Below, piece by piece: positions 28,442 through 38,396 of a stretch of 64,000 bases of DNA (position 1 is the stretch's first letter; each line of letters begins with the position of its first letter). The notes under the pieces are model-generated. The model saw only the letters and a program-made list of their open reading frames with translations, ran no database searches and was not told the DNA's origin. This DNA comes from Candidatus Eiseniibacteriota bacterium (GTDB taxonomy: Bacteria > Eisenbacteria > RBG-16-71-46). Position numbers and translations under genes: made by a program. The stretch lies in assembly GCA_038231135.1 (NCBI GenBank), contig JBBRLX010000018.1, positions 1 through 64,000 on the forward strand. Direction: 5' to 3'.

Positions 28442-29100
28442 TGTGCCGCCCGGGCGGCTCCGGTGCGTGCGAACGGGCGGATGGCGTCCACGAACGCGCG
28501 GGCGCGCCGGGTGATCTCGGCGAAGTCGCCCGCGGCGGCCAGCGCGGGATCGGCGAGCGATGCGCCGAGCCCGACGCCGACACAGCCCGCCTCGAGGAAC
28601 AGCGTGACGTTGTCGAGATTCGTCCCGCCCGCGGCGAGCATCGGCACGTCGGGCAGCGGATCGCGGATCACGCGGATGTAGGCCGGGCCGCCCGCGACGC
28701 CGACCGGGTACACCTTGATCACGTGCGCCCCGGCATCGCGCGCCGCGAGGATCTCATTCGTGGTGTAGGCGCCGGGCACGTACATCATCCGTGAGTCGAG
28801 CGCGAGGCGAGCCACGGCGAGATTCAGGTTCGGCGCCACGATGAACCGGGCGCCGGCATCGAACGCCATGCGGCACTGGTCCGCGGTGAGCACGGTGCCG
28901 GCGCCGACCGTGACGCCGGGCTGCGACGCCAGCGCGCGCATCACCCGCGGAGCGTCGGGCACGGTATAGGTGACCTCGAGCAGCGGGATACCGCCCTCGG
29001 CCACCGCGCGCGCGGCGCCGAGCGCCGCGTCCGGCGTGGCGGCGCGGATCACCGCGATGAGGCGCGTGGCATGGAGCGTGTCGAGCGCGGATGGCTGCAT
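28438..29100 (-). CDS. eda: KDPG/KHG aldolase
   Basis: IAVIR, LEVT, VGAGTV, Schiff-base IKVYP. Confidence 0.9.
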   Translation of the reverse strand: MQPSALDTLHATRLIAVIRAATPDAALGAARAVAEGGIPLLEVTYTVPDAPRVMRALASQPGVTVGAGTVLTADQCRMAFDAGARFIVAPNLNLAVARLALDSRMMYVPGAYTTNEILAARDAGAHVIKVYPVGVAGGPAYIRVIRDPLPDVPMLAAGGTNLDNVTLFLEAGCVGVGLGASLADPALAAAGDFAEITRRARAFVDAIRPFARTGAARAAQ

Positions 29101-29141
29101 GGAGGAAGCGTAGCAGCGGACGTGGAGGTTGGCGAAATCGG

Positions 29142-29339
29142 TCAGGTCGCCTGCGGACCCTGGCCGTAGCCGCGTTCGGCCATGCGCCTGCCGCTCAGCG
29201 CGTGATGTTCGGGCGCCATGGGGTGGACGCCGGCGCCGTCGCACCAGCGATTGTAGAAGTTGAACAGCGCGCACACCGAGACGGCGTCGTAGATCGCCTC
29301 GGCGGGATCATTCAGCAGTTCCGCCGCGACCGCCCCAAT
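29142..29339 (-). pseudogene. Remnant of an AhpD/carboxymuconolactone decarboxylase-like peroxidase
   Basis: EAIYDAVSVCALFNFYNRWCDGAGVH...SGRRMAERGY resembles the family C-terminus; the N-terminal catalytic half and a credible start are absent. Confidence 0.6.
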
Positions 29340-29392
29340 CGCCCGCGCCGCATCGAGATGCCACGCCGCGCCGCCTATGGCAGTATCCCGCC

Positions 29393-31978
29393 ATGACCAC
29401 GGCGCCTGGATCCCGTTCCGCCCTGCGAACGCTGGGAGTCGTGGCGGGCGTGCTGCTCGTCCTCGTCGCCGTCGCATGGGCCGCGCTCGCGATCCTGTTC
29501 CCGCCGGCAAAGCTCCGCGCCATCGTCGCGCGCCAGCTCAGCACCGCCCTGGTGCGCCCGGTGCGGTTCGAGGACGCGCACCTGAGCCTGTGGCCGCCCG
29601 TGCGGTTGGCGGTGACGAACCTCGCGATGTCCGAGCCCGGCGGCTTCACGCGCGGCACGATGTTCCGCACGCAGGAGCTGAACCTCGATCTCGACGTGTG
29701 GGCCCTGCTGTCGCACCGCATGGTGATCCGCAGCCTCACGCTCGACGGGCCCGAGTTGCACATCGTGCTGGGGGCCGATGGCGGCACGAACCTAGACGGC
29801 ATCGGCCGGCCGGCGGCGGCGCAGCCGCCTGCATCGCAGCAGCCGATGGATCTGTCGGTGAACGAATTCTCGATCACGAACGGCAGCGTGCTGGTGGACG
29901 ATCTCTCGCGCCGTCGCCGAACGATGTTCGACATCGGCACGCATGTCGCGCTCGACGTGCGCGGTGGCACCCGCGTGAACACGCACGGCGAGACCCGCAT
30001 CGAGCACCTGGCGTTCGGCACGCTCGCGGCGGCGCGGCCCGCCGACTTCGACCGCTCGCTCGCGGCGCTGACGTGGCGGATCGAGCACCGCGGCGCGTTC
30101 GATTCCGCGCTTCAGCGGCTGGCGTTCGAGCAACTGGCGCTGCGCTTCGGCAACACCAGCCTCGCGCTGTCGGGAATCGTGGATCACCCGGGCCTCAGAC
30201 CGGCGGTGGATCTGAAGGCCCGCGGCGCGGGCGTCGACATCGCCGAAATCCTGGGATTCCTCGGCCACGCCGACGCGCGCGCGCTCCAGGGGATCCATGG
30301 CGCGGGGGCGCTCGACTTCGACCTCGGGATCCGCGGGGCGCTGGGTGCGGGGCCCGCGGGCGCCGCGCCGCGGCTGCCGGCGATCACCGGCACGATGCGG
30401 CTCGCGAACGCGTGGTTCCAGTACCCGGGAGCGCCGGCGCGCGTCGAGGGGCTGGCGTTCCACGCACGCTTCGCGCCCGACTCGCTCGGCATCGGTGACC
30501 TGGTCGCGAGCGTGAAGCAGCAGCCGCTCCGTGCGGCGCTCGTGGTCACGCACTTCGCGGATCCGCATGTGCGGTTCGGGGTGCAGGGCAACATCGATCT
30601 CGCCGCAGTCGCGCCGTTCCTGGTCGCGAGCGGCGGCAACGTCTCCGGCCGGGCCGCGGTGGATCTGCGTGGCGAGGGCCGCGCCAGGGATCCGGGGGCG
30701 ATGGCGCTGAGCGGCCGCGCGCTGCTGTCGAACGTGCGCGTGAAGCAGCCGGCGCTCGCCAGGGAGTTCGAGAACGTGCAGGGCACGATCGAGTTCTCGC
30801 AGACCCAGGCCAGCATCACCGGACTCACCGGCCAGGCCGGCAAGACCCAGTTCGCGCTCGACGCCCGTGTCGACCGGCCGCTGGCATTGCTCGCGAAGCC
30901 GGGCGACCATCCGATGCCCGAACCCGCGGGCGTTTCGTTCGCGTTCCGCGCGCCCTACCTGGACGTCGCGGAGGTGATGCCGCGCGGTGGCGGCGGGATC
31001 GTGCTGCCAAACGCGCGCGGTGGCGGCACGGTGGCGATCGGCCGGCTAAGGAACCAGCGGCTCGACATGACCGCCGTCCAGGCCAACGTGACGCTCGAAC
31101 CCACCGCGCTCGCGGTGCCGAACTTCACCGGCCGTATCTACGAGGGCCTCATGGCCGGTGCCGCGCGATTCGACCTGGCCGACACCAGCCGGCCGGTGAT
31201 TACCGTGAATGCGCGGCTCGACAGCGCGCGGATCGAGCGCGTGCTCGGCACCTGGGTGCCGCCGGGCAACTGGCTCAGCGGTTCGCTCAGCACGTCGATC
31301 GACCTCAACGGCAACCTCAAGGACCTGCAGCGGTCACTGACCGCGGCCGGGCTCGCCGCGGTGTGGAACGGGGCGTTCGCGCAATCGCCGCTGTTCGATC
31401 GCATCGCCGAGTTCGCGCGCATTCCGGCGTTCCGGCGGCCCAGCTTCCACGATCTCAAGTCGAACTTCCGGGTCGACCACGGCCGCGTGTTCACGGGGCC
31501 TGCCACGCTGCACGGCCCGCAGGGCGACTGGCTGGTGGGCGGCTCGATCGGGCTCGACGGCACGCTCGACTACGCGGTGAGCGTGACGGTGCCGCCCACG
31601 CTGGTGCAGCAGCTCGGCGCCCGTGCCGCGCTCGCCGCCGGCGCGCTCGCGGACGATCAGGGCCGCGTGCTGCTGGATTTCCGGGTGTCGGGCCCCGCTC
31701 GCGCGCCAAGAGTGGCGTGGGACCCGGCCGCGATGCAGTCCCGGCTCATGGGCCGCGCGTCGCAGGCGATCGAACAGGAGAAGCAGAAGTACGAGCAGGT
31801 GGTGCGCGACACGCTCGCCGCGCAGCAACGCGCGATGCAGGACAGCGCGCGCGCGGTAGCCGACCGGTATCGCCGGGCGACGACGGACAGTCTCGCCGGT
31901 AAGGGCCGCAAGCTGCTGGAGGGGTGGTTCGGCCGGGTCACGACCCCGCCGCCGCCGGCCGACACGACGCACCGGTAG
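29393..31978 (+). CDS. asmA: AsmA-family envelope protein
   Basis: N-terminal TM, LDGPELHIVLGADGGTNLD, long beta-rich body, GSIGLDGTLDY. Confidence 0.8.
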   Translation: MTTAPGSRSALRTLGVVAGVLLVLVAVAWAALAILFPPAKLRAIVARQLSTALVRPVRFEDAHLSLWPPVRLAVTNLAMSEPGGFTRGTMFRTQELNLDLDVWALLSHRMVIRSLTLDGPELHIVLGADGGTNLDGIGRPAAAQPPASQQPMDLSVNEFSITNGSVLVDDLSRRRRTMFDIGTHVALDVRGGTRVNTHGETRIEHLAFGTLAAARPADFDRSLAALTWRIEHRGAFDSALQRLAFEQLALRFGNTSLALSGIVDHPGLRPAVDLKARGAGVDIAEILGFLGHADARALQGIHGAGALDFDLGIRGALGAGPAGAAPRLPAITGTMRLANAWFQYPGAPARVEGLAFHARFAPDSLGIGDLVASVKQQPLRAALVVTHFADPHVRFGVQGNIDLAAVAPFLVASGGNVSGRAAVDLRGEGRARDPGAMALSGRALLSNVRVKQPALAREFENVQGTIEFSQTQASITGLTGQAGKTQFALDARVDRPLALLAKPGDHPMPEPAGVSFAFRAPYLDVAEVMPRGGGGIVLPNARGGGTVAIGRLRNQRLDMTAVQANVTLEPTALAVPNFTGRIYEGLMAGAARFDLADTSRPVITVNARLDSARIERVLGTWVPPGNWLSGSLSTSIDLNGNLKDLQRSLTAAGLAAVWNGAFAQSPLFDRIAEFARIPAFRRPSFHDLKSNFRVDHGRVFTGPATLHGPQGDWLVGGSIGLDGTLDYAVSVTVPPTLVQQLGARAALAAGALADDQGRVLLDFRVSGPARAPRVAWDPAAMQSRLMGRASQAIEQEKQKYEQVVRDTLAAQQRAMQDSARAVADRYRRATTDSLAGKGRKLLEGWFGRVTTPPPPADTTHR

Positions 31979-31982
31979 CGCG

Positions 31983-34166
31983 TCAGGCGCTGTCGCGGAG
32001 GTGGCTCGTGACGGCTTCCTCGCCGACGTGATCGAGGTCCTCGACCCACAACCGCAACAGCGCGGCGGCCGCGGGGGGCGAGGCCGAACCGCGTTCGCCG
32101 GGCGGCGGCATTTGGGTTTCGCTCACTCCCCACGTTTCCGGCAGCGTGCCCAGGCCGTCCTCCGCCATCCACGCACACAGCGCCGCGACGCGCTCGCGGG
32201 CGCGGTCCAGTGCGGCCGGGCTGCGCCCGTTGGCGCGCAGGTGCGCCGCCAGGAACAGCGGCAGCCACTCGACGCGCGCCACTTCGGAGCGGGGCGCGAG
32301 TCGCAATCCGAACGGCGTCACCAGCTCACGATCGATGGTCTCGACCAGCGCCATCGCGCGCTCGCGCGGCAGCAGTGCGGGCGTGAAGCTGGCCGCCCAC
32401 AGTTGGGATGGCATGAGCCCCGGCACCGGCTCCTCGTCCCTAAGCATGGTGTAGAGACAGTGCCGCGCGGGATCCCAGAACCGGTCATTGAACCGGGTCT
32501 GGTGTTCGTGGGCCCACGCCACGTAGAACGCGGCGTTCTCGCGGCGGCCCACGCCGCGGGCGAGCTGCGCCATGGCGACATAGGCGTGGTACCACAGCGC
32601 GTTCAGGTCGGAGCGCTTGATCGTGCGGGATCGCGGCGGCTCGGGCGCCGGCCTGCTGCGGGCGCGCGGTTTGAGCGCGGCGGCCGCAGCCCGGGCGAGC
32701 TCCGCCGCGTGCGCCGCCAGCTCCTCGGCATCCGGTGGCTGGATCGTCATCAACAGGCCGTCCGAGTCGATGCGCAATCCACCCGGCGCTCCCGAGCGGC
32801 AATAGCGCATCAGCTCTTCCAGCGCGGGATACAGCAGATCGCGGCCGAACTCGAGGTCCTCGCTGCGGCGCACGTAGCGCTCGCCGGCGATCACGAGCCA
32901 CAGCGCCGGTTCCGGATCGCCGTACACCGGCGTGCCGTCGATCTCGTAACGCTCGGGAACCCGGCCTTCGTTCAGGAACTCGAGGCAGCCGCGCAGGATC
33001 TCGCGCGCGGTGCCGAATCCGCGGACCGCGAGCAGTGCGAGCACGGAGCGCAGCGCGGCGCTGGTGTTCTCTTCGACCAGCGGCAGCGCGCTCGCGATCG
33101 TGAGCCGCGAGCCGTGTCTCACGAATCCCTTGCCCACGGCGCTCGCCAGCATCCGGGTCCACGCGCCGGGCTCGAGCGCGTCCGGCAGCCCGTCGGCCTT
33201 GCGTGCCCCTGCCGCCTCGCGCGCGGTGTCGAGCGCGCCCGCCCCCGCGGCGCGCAGCCATGAATCCTGCCGCTCGCGCTCATCGATCTCGAGCGCGGCG
33301 ACGCACTCGGCGAGCGTGCGGGGCGGCACCGATCCCAGCCGGCCTTCGGCCGCGAGCCTGCGGAACAGCTCGCGTTCCGTCGACGCCACGACGTGGACCG
33401 AGGCCCCGTGCGCGAGTTGGCCTTCGACGTAGCCGGGCAGGTAGGCGGGTTCCGTGGCAGGGTCGTCGGGCGGGATGCGCAGCGACGTCCACGCGCGTCC
33501 GGGCAGGAACGCGCCGTTGTGCCACAGCGTGAGCGGCACGCCCTCCGGAGTGAACTGTATGGTGATGCGCCCGGGAATCCCCTGCACGGTGGGGGTGTCT
33601 GGATCCGCGGCCACTTCGGTGTGGGCGCCGCCGGCGCCGGCGCGTTTCGAGGCGGCGGGACGGGCGCGATCCGTCCTCCGGGCCTGCGCGGGAACCTCGA
33701 CAGCGTCGGGCTGCGGCACGAGGGGCCGGGACACCAGCACCGGGCTCGCCGTCATGCGGAGCGCTGGGCCGTCGATCAGCCGGTAGGAAACGATGACCGC
33801 GTCGTGGCCCCATACCAGCATCAGCGTCTTTTCGATCAGGCTCAAACCGACGCGATAGCGCCACGCTGGCCACGGGTCGACCGTGAACGATTCCAGCAGG
33901 CGATGTCCCGCCGGGCGGGCGGTGCCGTTCGGCTGCACCACGCAGGCCAGTTCGAACGGGCCCTCGTCGGTGAGCACCCGCTCGTCGATTCGAAGCAGGG
34001 TCGCCCAGGGCCGCCCATGGACGTGGGCGGCGAGCGCGGCGTGCGTATGGCGCGTGATCGCACCCGCGGCGGTTCCCGAAGCCGAGCCGCCGATTCCGTT
34101 CGCGATCATCCACTCGCACGCCAGCGCGCGAGGGAGCCTTGTAAGGACATCCTGTCCGAGGCTCAT
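31983..34166 (-). CDS. Glycogen debranching enzyme / amylo-alpha-1,6-glucosidase-like protein, divergent
   Basis: EWMIANGIGGSASGT (GDE_N), LNALWY, FNDRFW, LVTPFGLRLAP, GTLPE. Confidence 0.75.
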   Translation of the reverse strand: MSLGQDVLTRLPRALACEWMIANGIGGSASGTAAGAITRHTHAALAAHVHGRPWATLLRIDERVLTDEGPFELACVVQPNGTARPAGHRLLESFTVDPWPAWRYRVGLSLIEKTLMLVWGHDAVIVSYRLIDGPALRMTASPVLVSRPLVPQPDAVEVPAQARRTDRARPAASKRAGAGGAHTEVAADPDTPTVQGIPGRITIQFTPEGVPLTLWHNGAFLPGRAWTSLRIPPDDPATEPAYLPGYVEGQLAHGASVHVVASTERELFRRLAAEGRLGSVPPRTLAECVAALEIDERERQDSWLRAAGAGALDTAREAAGARKADGLPDALEPGAWTRMLASAVGKGFVRHGSRLTIASALPLVEENTSAALRSVLALLAVRGFGTAREILRGCLEFLNEGRVPERYEIDGTPVYGDPEPALWLVIAGERYVRRSEDLEFGRDLLYPALEELMRYCRSGAPGGLRIDSDGLLMTIQPPDAEELAAHAAELARAAAAALKPRARSRPAPEPPRSRTIKRSDLNALWYHAYVAMAQLARGVGRRENAAFYVAWAHEHQTRFNDRFWDPARHCLYTMLRDEEPVPGLMPSQLWAASFTPALLPRERAMALVETIDRELVTPFGLRLAPRSEVARVEWLPLFLAAHLRANGRSPAALDRARERVAALCAWMAEDGLGTLPETWGVSETQMPPPGERGSASPPAAAALLRLWVEDLDHVGEEAVTSHLRDSA

Positions 34167-34202
34167 CGCAACCAGCCTACACCAACGCCCTGGCCTGTGG
34201 TA

Positions 34203-35387
34203 TCAAATCGCCGGTCGGCGGAGCAGCGCGGACAGCGGCACGAGGCTGATGCCCTTCAGGTGTTTCACGTCGAGAGCTTTCGGCAGCCAGGTCCGGGTGA
34301 GCGGCGTGGCGCGCACCATCACGAGCAGCTGGCCGCGCACACGGGCGAGCGCCAGCAGCTGCGTCCAGCGCTTGTCGAGCACGGCGGGCCGGCTGTGCGC
34401 CTCGTAGTCGAGCACGGCGCCCGGTTCCTCGTACGACACGCCGAGCGCCGAGGCGAGCGGCCGGCACACCGCCCCCGCGGCCGGCTGCATGTGCAGGAAC
34501 GGGACCCGTTCGCGATGCAGTTCGCGGTAGACCGCCGACATGACGGTCATATCCTGGGTGGCGAGCGAGCCCAGATGGTTCGCCACCGCCGCCACCGGGC
34601 CCGCCTGCTCGAGATACCGGCGCACGAGGCCGCTGATCTGGGCGGATTTCATGCTCACGAGGATGGTGCCCGGGCCGGGGTTCACCTGCGGGTAGTTGAT
34701 GGGCTCGAGCGGCAGGTGCAGCACCAGCTCGCGTTCCGCACCACGCGCGTCGCGGAACAGCGCTTCGCTGTCCTTGTCACCGGGCGGGATCGCGACCGCG
34801 AACGGCACCGGCAGGGCGAAGAACGCGTGCGCAGCGTCGAGGTCGTCGCCGAACCCGTAGACCACCACCGACAGCCGGGCGCTGCTCTCGACGGGGTCGG
34901 CGCCCACCACGACGGGGACGCGGGCGAGCGCCAGCTCGTGGGTGGCGCGGCCGGACACGCCGAGGGTGAGCACGACCTGCGGCTCGCCCCGCCGGCCGAA
35001 CCGCTCGCGCCCGTCCAGCACATCGATGCCGCTGGCGGCGAGCGACCGGGTGACGGCGTAGTTCGCCTGGATCAGCGAAGCGTCGGGTTTGAGGCCGGCG
35101 CGCAGCCGGACGCGGGCCCCCGCCGGCTCTCCCTCGCCAAAATCGACGGAGCCCACGCTGTCCGCCGGGATCCCGGCGACGTCGAGTGCCTTGCGGAGCT
35201 CCCGGCCCACGAGCAATGTCAGGCGGGCGGGGTCCGTCCAGGGCAGGAAGCGGGCGGCAGCCAGTTGCCCGCGCGGGGAGCGCATCACGAGCCAGCCCTC
35301 TCCGGCGACGAACACGGCGATGGCAATCATCGCCAGCAGGGCGATCCGGCCCGGCGATACCAGGCGCTTGGACTTACGTTTGGGCAT
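34203..35387 (-). CDS. Divergent polysaccharide deacetylase (YibQ-like), membrane-anchored
   Basis: FAVAIPP, LHLPLEP, NPGPG, ANHLGS, LVPLS. Confidence 0.8.
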   Translation of the reverse strand: MPKRKSKRLVSPGRIALLAMIAIAVFVAGEGWLVMRSPRGQLAAARFLPWTDPARLTLLVGRELRKALDVAGIPADSVGSVDFGEGEPAGARVRLRAGLKPDASLIQANYAVTRSLAASGIDVLDGRERFGRRGEPQVVLTLGVSGRATHELALARVPVVVGADPVESSARLSVVVYGFGDDLDAAHAFFALPVPFAVAIPPGDKDSEALFRDARGAERELVLHLPLEPINYPQVNPGPGTILVSMKSAQISGLVRRYLEQAGPVAAVANHLGSLATQDMTVMSAVYRELHRERVPFLHMQPAAGAVCRPLASALGVSYEEPGAVLDYEAHSRPAVLDKRWTQLLALARVRGQLLVMVRATPLTRTWLPKALDVKHLKGISLVPLSALLRRPAI

Positions 35388-35779
35388 GGAATGAAATTCG
35401 CACGTTACGGGCCTGCCGGGGGGGCGTCAACGTCCGTGACCATGGACCGTCGATGGCCGATTTCACGGGCGTGGATGCCTCCCCGCTCCGCATCCGGCCG
35501 GGTTCGCGGCACTGCCCGGATGCACACTTCCGGGACGGCAGCGTGGCCCGGCGGTCGTGCGGAGTTCCGGATTCGCCCTGCGAAATGCAAGGTCTGGCGG
35601 ATCAGGTTACGGCTCGCGGTGCGAGCGGGCGTTCTGCCTGTGGAGTCGCGTCATTTTTGCACATATGTGACACTCAATTGCAGGTCGAATGACAGGCTCA
35701 TACCTGCGACGGCCGATAGTCTTCGCGTAGCGCATCGCGTCCCCAACGCGAGAAATTCCACCGGCTCTGGAGGTGTATC

Positions 35780-36628
35780 GTGAATCGCAGGCTACTCGTC
35801 GTGCTTTCGGCCGGGGCAGCCATTGCCTGTGCGGCCTATGCCGTGTACGCGTGCAGCGACAAGACAGGTACTAGCGCCAGCAACGTGTCGGTCACGGCCT
35901 CGGGCAATGCCGCGTGTACGGCCGCGTGCAAGGCCCATGGCGCCAAGAGTGGTGCCACGGGCGCCTCCACGGCGGACATGACCGCCAGGTGCCCCTACCA
36001 CGATTCGAATGCCGCGGTGACAGCGAGCGCCTCGGGCGCCTGCTCCCATGCTTCCGGAGCGTCGGCGACCCGGGCGTCCGGTGCCGGCGCGATGACGGCG
36101 GGCACGGGTTCCTGCAGCGCGCACTCGATGGCATCGGCGTCGGGCTCCTGCGCCCACAAGGGCGCCGCGGCGGCGTTCGAGGCGATGTCACCGGGCGGCA
36201 GCTCGTGCGGCGGCAAGGGCGTTGGCACGATGGCGAGCCACAGCGCGATGCGCGACTGCGACGCCTGCGCCGACATGGCTAACTGCGAGTCCGAGCTCAA
36301 GAGTGCGGGCTCGAACTTCCAGGTCGTGCCGCTCAAGAACGGCGTGATGTACGTGTACACCGCCGACGGTCCCCGGAACGTGCGCACCGTGCAGTCGGCG
36401 ATCGCGCGCCGCACCGAGCGCATCAACGCGATCGTGACGGCGGACAACGCCAAGCTGTGCCCGGACTGCAAGCAGATGCGCGGCGCGATGGCCAGCGGCA
36501 AGCTGACCCGCGAAGTCGTGAACATCGAAGGCGGCGCGATCAGCCTCGTGACCTCGACGGATCCGGCCATGGTCGCCCGTCTGTACGCGATGGCCGGCCT
36601 GTCGCCGCAAAAAGGCGTGAAGAGCTGA
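35780..36628 (+). CDS. Secreted Cys/His-rich hypothetical protein
   Basis: GGAGG RBS, signal peptide, repeated C-x(1-2)-H units, CDAC and CPDC. Confidence 0.8.
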   Translation: MNRRLLVVLSAGAAIACAAYAVYACSDKTGTSASNVSVTASGNAACTAACKAHGAKSGATGASTADMTARCPYHDSNAAVTASASGACSHASGASATRASGAGAMTAGTGSCSAHSMASASGSCAHKGAAAAFEAMSPGGSSCGGKGVGTMASHSAMRDCDACADMANCESELKSAGSNFQVVPLKNGVMYVYTADGPRNVRTVQSAIARRTERINAIVTADNAKLCPDCKQMRGAMASGKLTREVVNIEGGAISLVTSTDPAMVARLYAMAGLSPQKGVKS

Positions 36629-36649
36629 GAGCGGTCCTCTCTGGGGCGC

Positions 36650-36680
36650 AGGGCCGGTCCGAAGTCGGGCCGGCCTTTCG
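36650..36680 (+). terminator. Intrinsic terminator candidate
   Basis: GGCCGGTCCGA/TCGGGCCGGCC stem followed by TTT. Confidence 0.5.
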
Positions 36681-36735
36681 TGTGTCGCCGCGCGAGACGG
36701 GTGCTGTCATGACCCGGGTGCGCTAGGGTTCGAGC

Positions 36736-38295
36736 ATGTCCGAATCCCGTTTCAGCCGTCGCGTGCTCATCGTGCTCGGCCTCGGCGTCGCGGTCCCCGC
36801 GCTGATCCTCGCCGGTCTCGGCGTGTTCCTCACCCTGCGCATCGCGCGGGTGATCGATCTCGAAAGCCTCAAGTACAACACCTACCTGTCGCAGCAGATC
36901 GCCGAGACGTTCGAGCAGGAGTTGATGGCGCACATGGTCCGCGACGTCGACCCGGCCGAGACCGCGGCGCGCAATGGCGCCACCGTCGGGCAGATCGTCA
37001 CCGGACTCGAGAGCGAAGGCGCCGAGTTCGAAGGCGCCCATCTGGTGCCGGTCGACCAACTCGACGGCTACTCGATGCTGACCGTCGCCGCGCAGCCGCT
37101 GGTGTTTGCGCCCGGCACCGGCGCGCGGCGCGATCAGTATTTCGTGGGCATCCTGCTGCGCGATCCCACCGGACAGATCGCCGGGGCGGGCGGTTGGTGG
37201 ATGAGCCCGCGGAAGTTCCTCACCGCGCATCTCGAACCCGTGATCCAGGACCGGCTGCCCGCCAACCCGCGGCTCTACGGCGGGTTCGAATCCACGCGCC
37301 GGCTGGCGGTGCAGCTGTTCGCCCCCAACAACGCCGAGATCGGCCGCGTGCGCACTCCCGGCCCGCCGGGGACGGCGCGGATCGAGGCGCTGCAGGGGCC
37401 GTTCGAAGGCTATTCGGTGCGCGTGTCGGCGACCGCCAATTCACCCGTGGTGTGGGCCGGCCGGTTCGTCCAGATCGAGCTGGCGTTCATCACGCTCATG
37501 GGGTTCGTGATCCTGATCGCCACCACGTTCGGGCTGCGCTACACGGTCCGGCAGCTCGAGCTCGCCCAGCTCAAATCGGGGTTCGTGTCGAACATCACCC
37601 ACGAGCTCAAGACGCCGATCGCGATCATCCGGCTGGCCGTGGAGTCGCTCGAGATGCGGCGCTACGCCACGATCGAGGAATCGCAGAAGTTCCTCGGGAT
37701 GATCTCGCGCGAGACCCTGCGGCTCAGCACGCTGGTCGAGAAGATCCTCGATTTCGCGCGGCTCGAGGCCGGCCAGCGGGTGTTCCGGTTCGAGCTCGTC
37801 GACATGGTGGAGCTGGTGCGGAGCGCCGTCGAGAGCCTGGCGCCGCGGATCGAGCACCAGGGGTTCACGCTGGAAGTCGCCCTGCCGGCGACGCTGTCGC
37901 CCGTGAACGGCGATCCCACGGCGCTCAGCCAGTGCGTCATCAATCTGCTGGACAACGCCATGAAGTATTCGCGGGAACGGAAGCTCATCCGGGTGGCCGC
38001 CGCGGAGCGGGACCACATGGTGCTGGTCTCCGTAACCGACAGGGGGATAGGCATTTCCCCCAACGACCAGAACAAGATCTTCGAGAAGTTCGTCCGGCTC
38101 GAAAACGGGCTGGTTCACGACGTGAAAGGCGCCGGACTGGGGCTGTCGCTCGTGACTCAGATCATCCGCGCCCACAATGGGCGCATCGAAGTGCAAAGCA
38201 CCCCCGGGGAGGGCAGCACATTCACGCTGGTTTTACCCGTGGCAAGCGGTATGGTATCCGATACCACCGAGGCTCGGCGGAAAACGGCCTCCTGA
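36736..38295 (+). CDS. Sensor histidine kinase (HisKA/HATPase)
   Basis: Two TMs, ITHELKTP, NLLDNAMKY, GAGLGL. Confidence 0.93.
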   Translation: MSESRFSRRVLIVLGLGVAVPALILAGLGVFLTLRIARVIDLESLKYNTYLSQQIAETFEQELMAHMVRDVDPAETAARNGATVGQIVTGLESEGAEFEGAHLVPVDQLDGYSMLTVAAQPLVFAPGTGARRDQYFVGILLRDPTGQIAGAGGWWMSPRKFLTAHLEPVIQDRLPANPRLYGGFESTRRLAVQLFAPNNAEIGRVRTPGPPGTARIEALQGPFEGYSVRVSATANSPVVWAGRFVQIELAFITLMGFVILIATTFGLRYTVRQLELAQLKSGFVSNITHELKTPIAIIRLAVESLEMRRYATIEESQKFLGMISRETLRLSTLVEKILDFARLEAGQRVFRFELVDMVELVRSAVESLAPRIEHQGFTLEVALPATLSPVNGDPTALSQCVINLLDNAMKYSRERKLIRVAAAERDHMVLVSVTDRGIGISPNDQNKIFEKFVRLENGLVHDVKGAGLGLSLVTQIIRAHNGRIEVQSTPGEGSTFTLVLPVASGMVSDTTEARRKTAS

Positions 38296-38396
38296 AAGAA
38301 GTTGCGGGTTTGTTAAGTCCGCAGGCCAACTTCGGAAGCCCCACCACCGAACCTACCCGGGCCGTCTCCCCGGCAGCTCGATCGAAAGGAAACGCC

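Noticed and set aside
24151..28583. Apparent 960-aa and 1060-aa giant or fusion ORFs
   Set aside because: The N-terminal parts are out-of-frame Arg/Gly-rich read-through over neighbouring genes; the real starts are 25326 and 26996
33393..35783. 796-aa plus-strand ORF, and similar long antisense ORFs (e.g. 44212-46023, 55781-57436, 27113-28681)
   Set aside because: They are antisense shadows of recognisable genes; long stop-free frames are expected at this GC content and they carry no motifs
35780..36628. Multiheme cytochrome c interpretation of the Cys/His-rich protein
   Set aside because: There is no CxxCH motif; neither CDAC nor CPDC is followed by His
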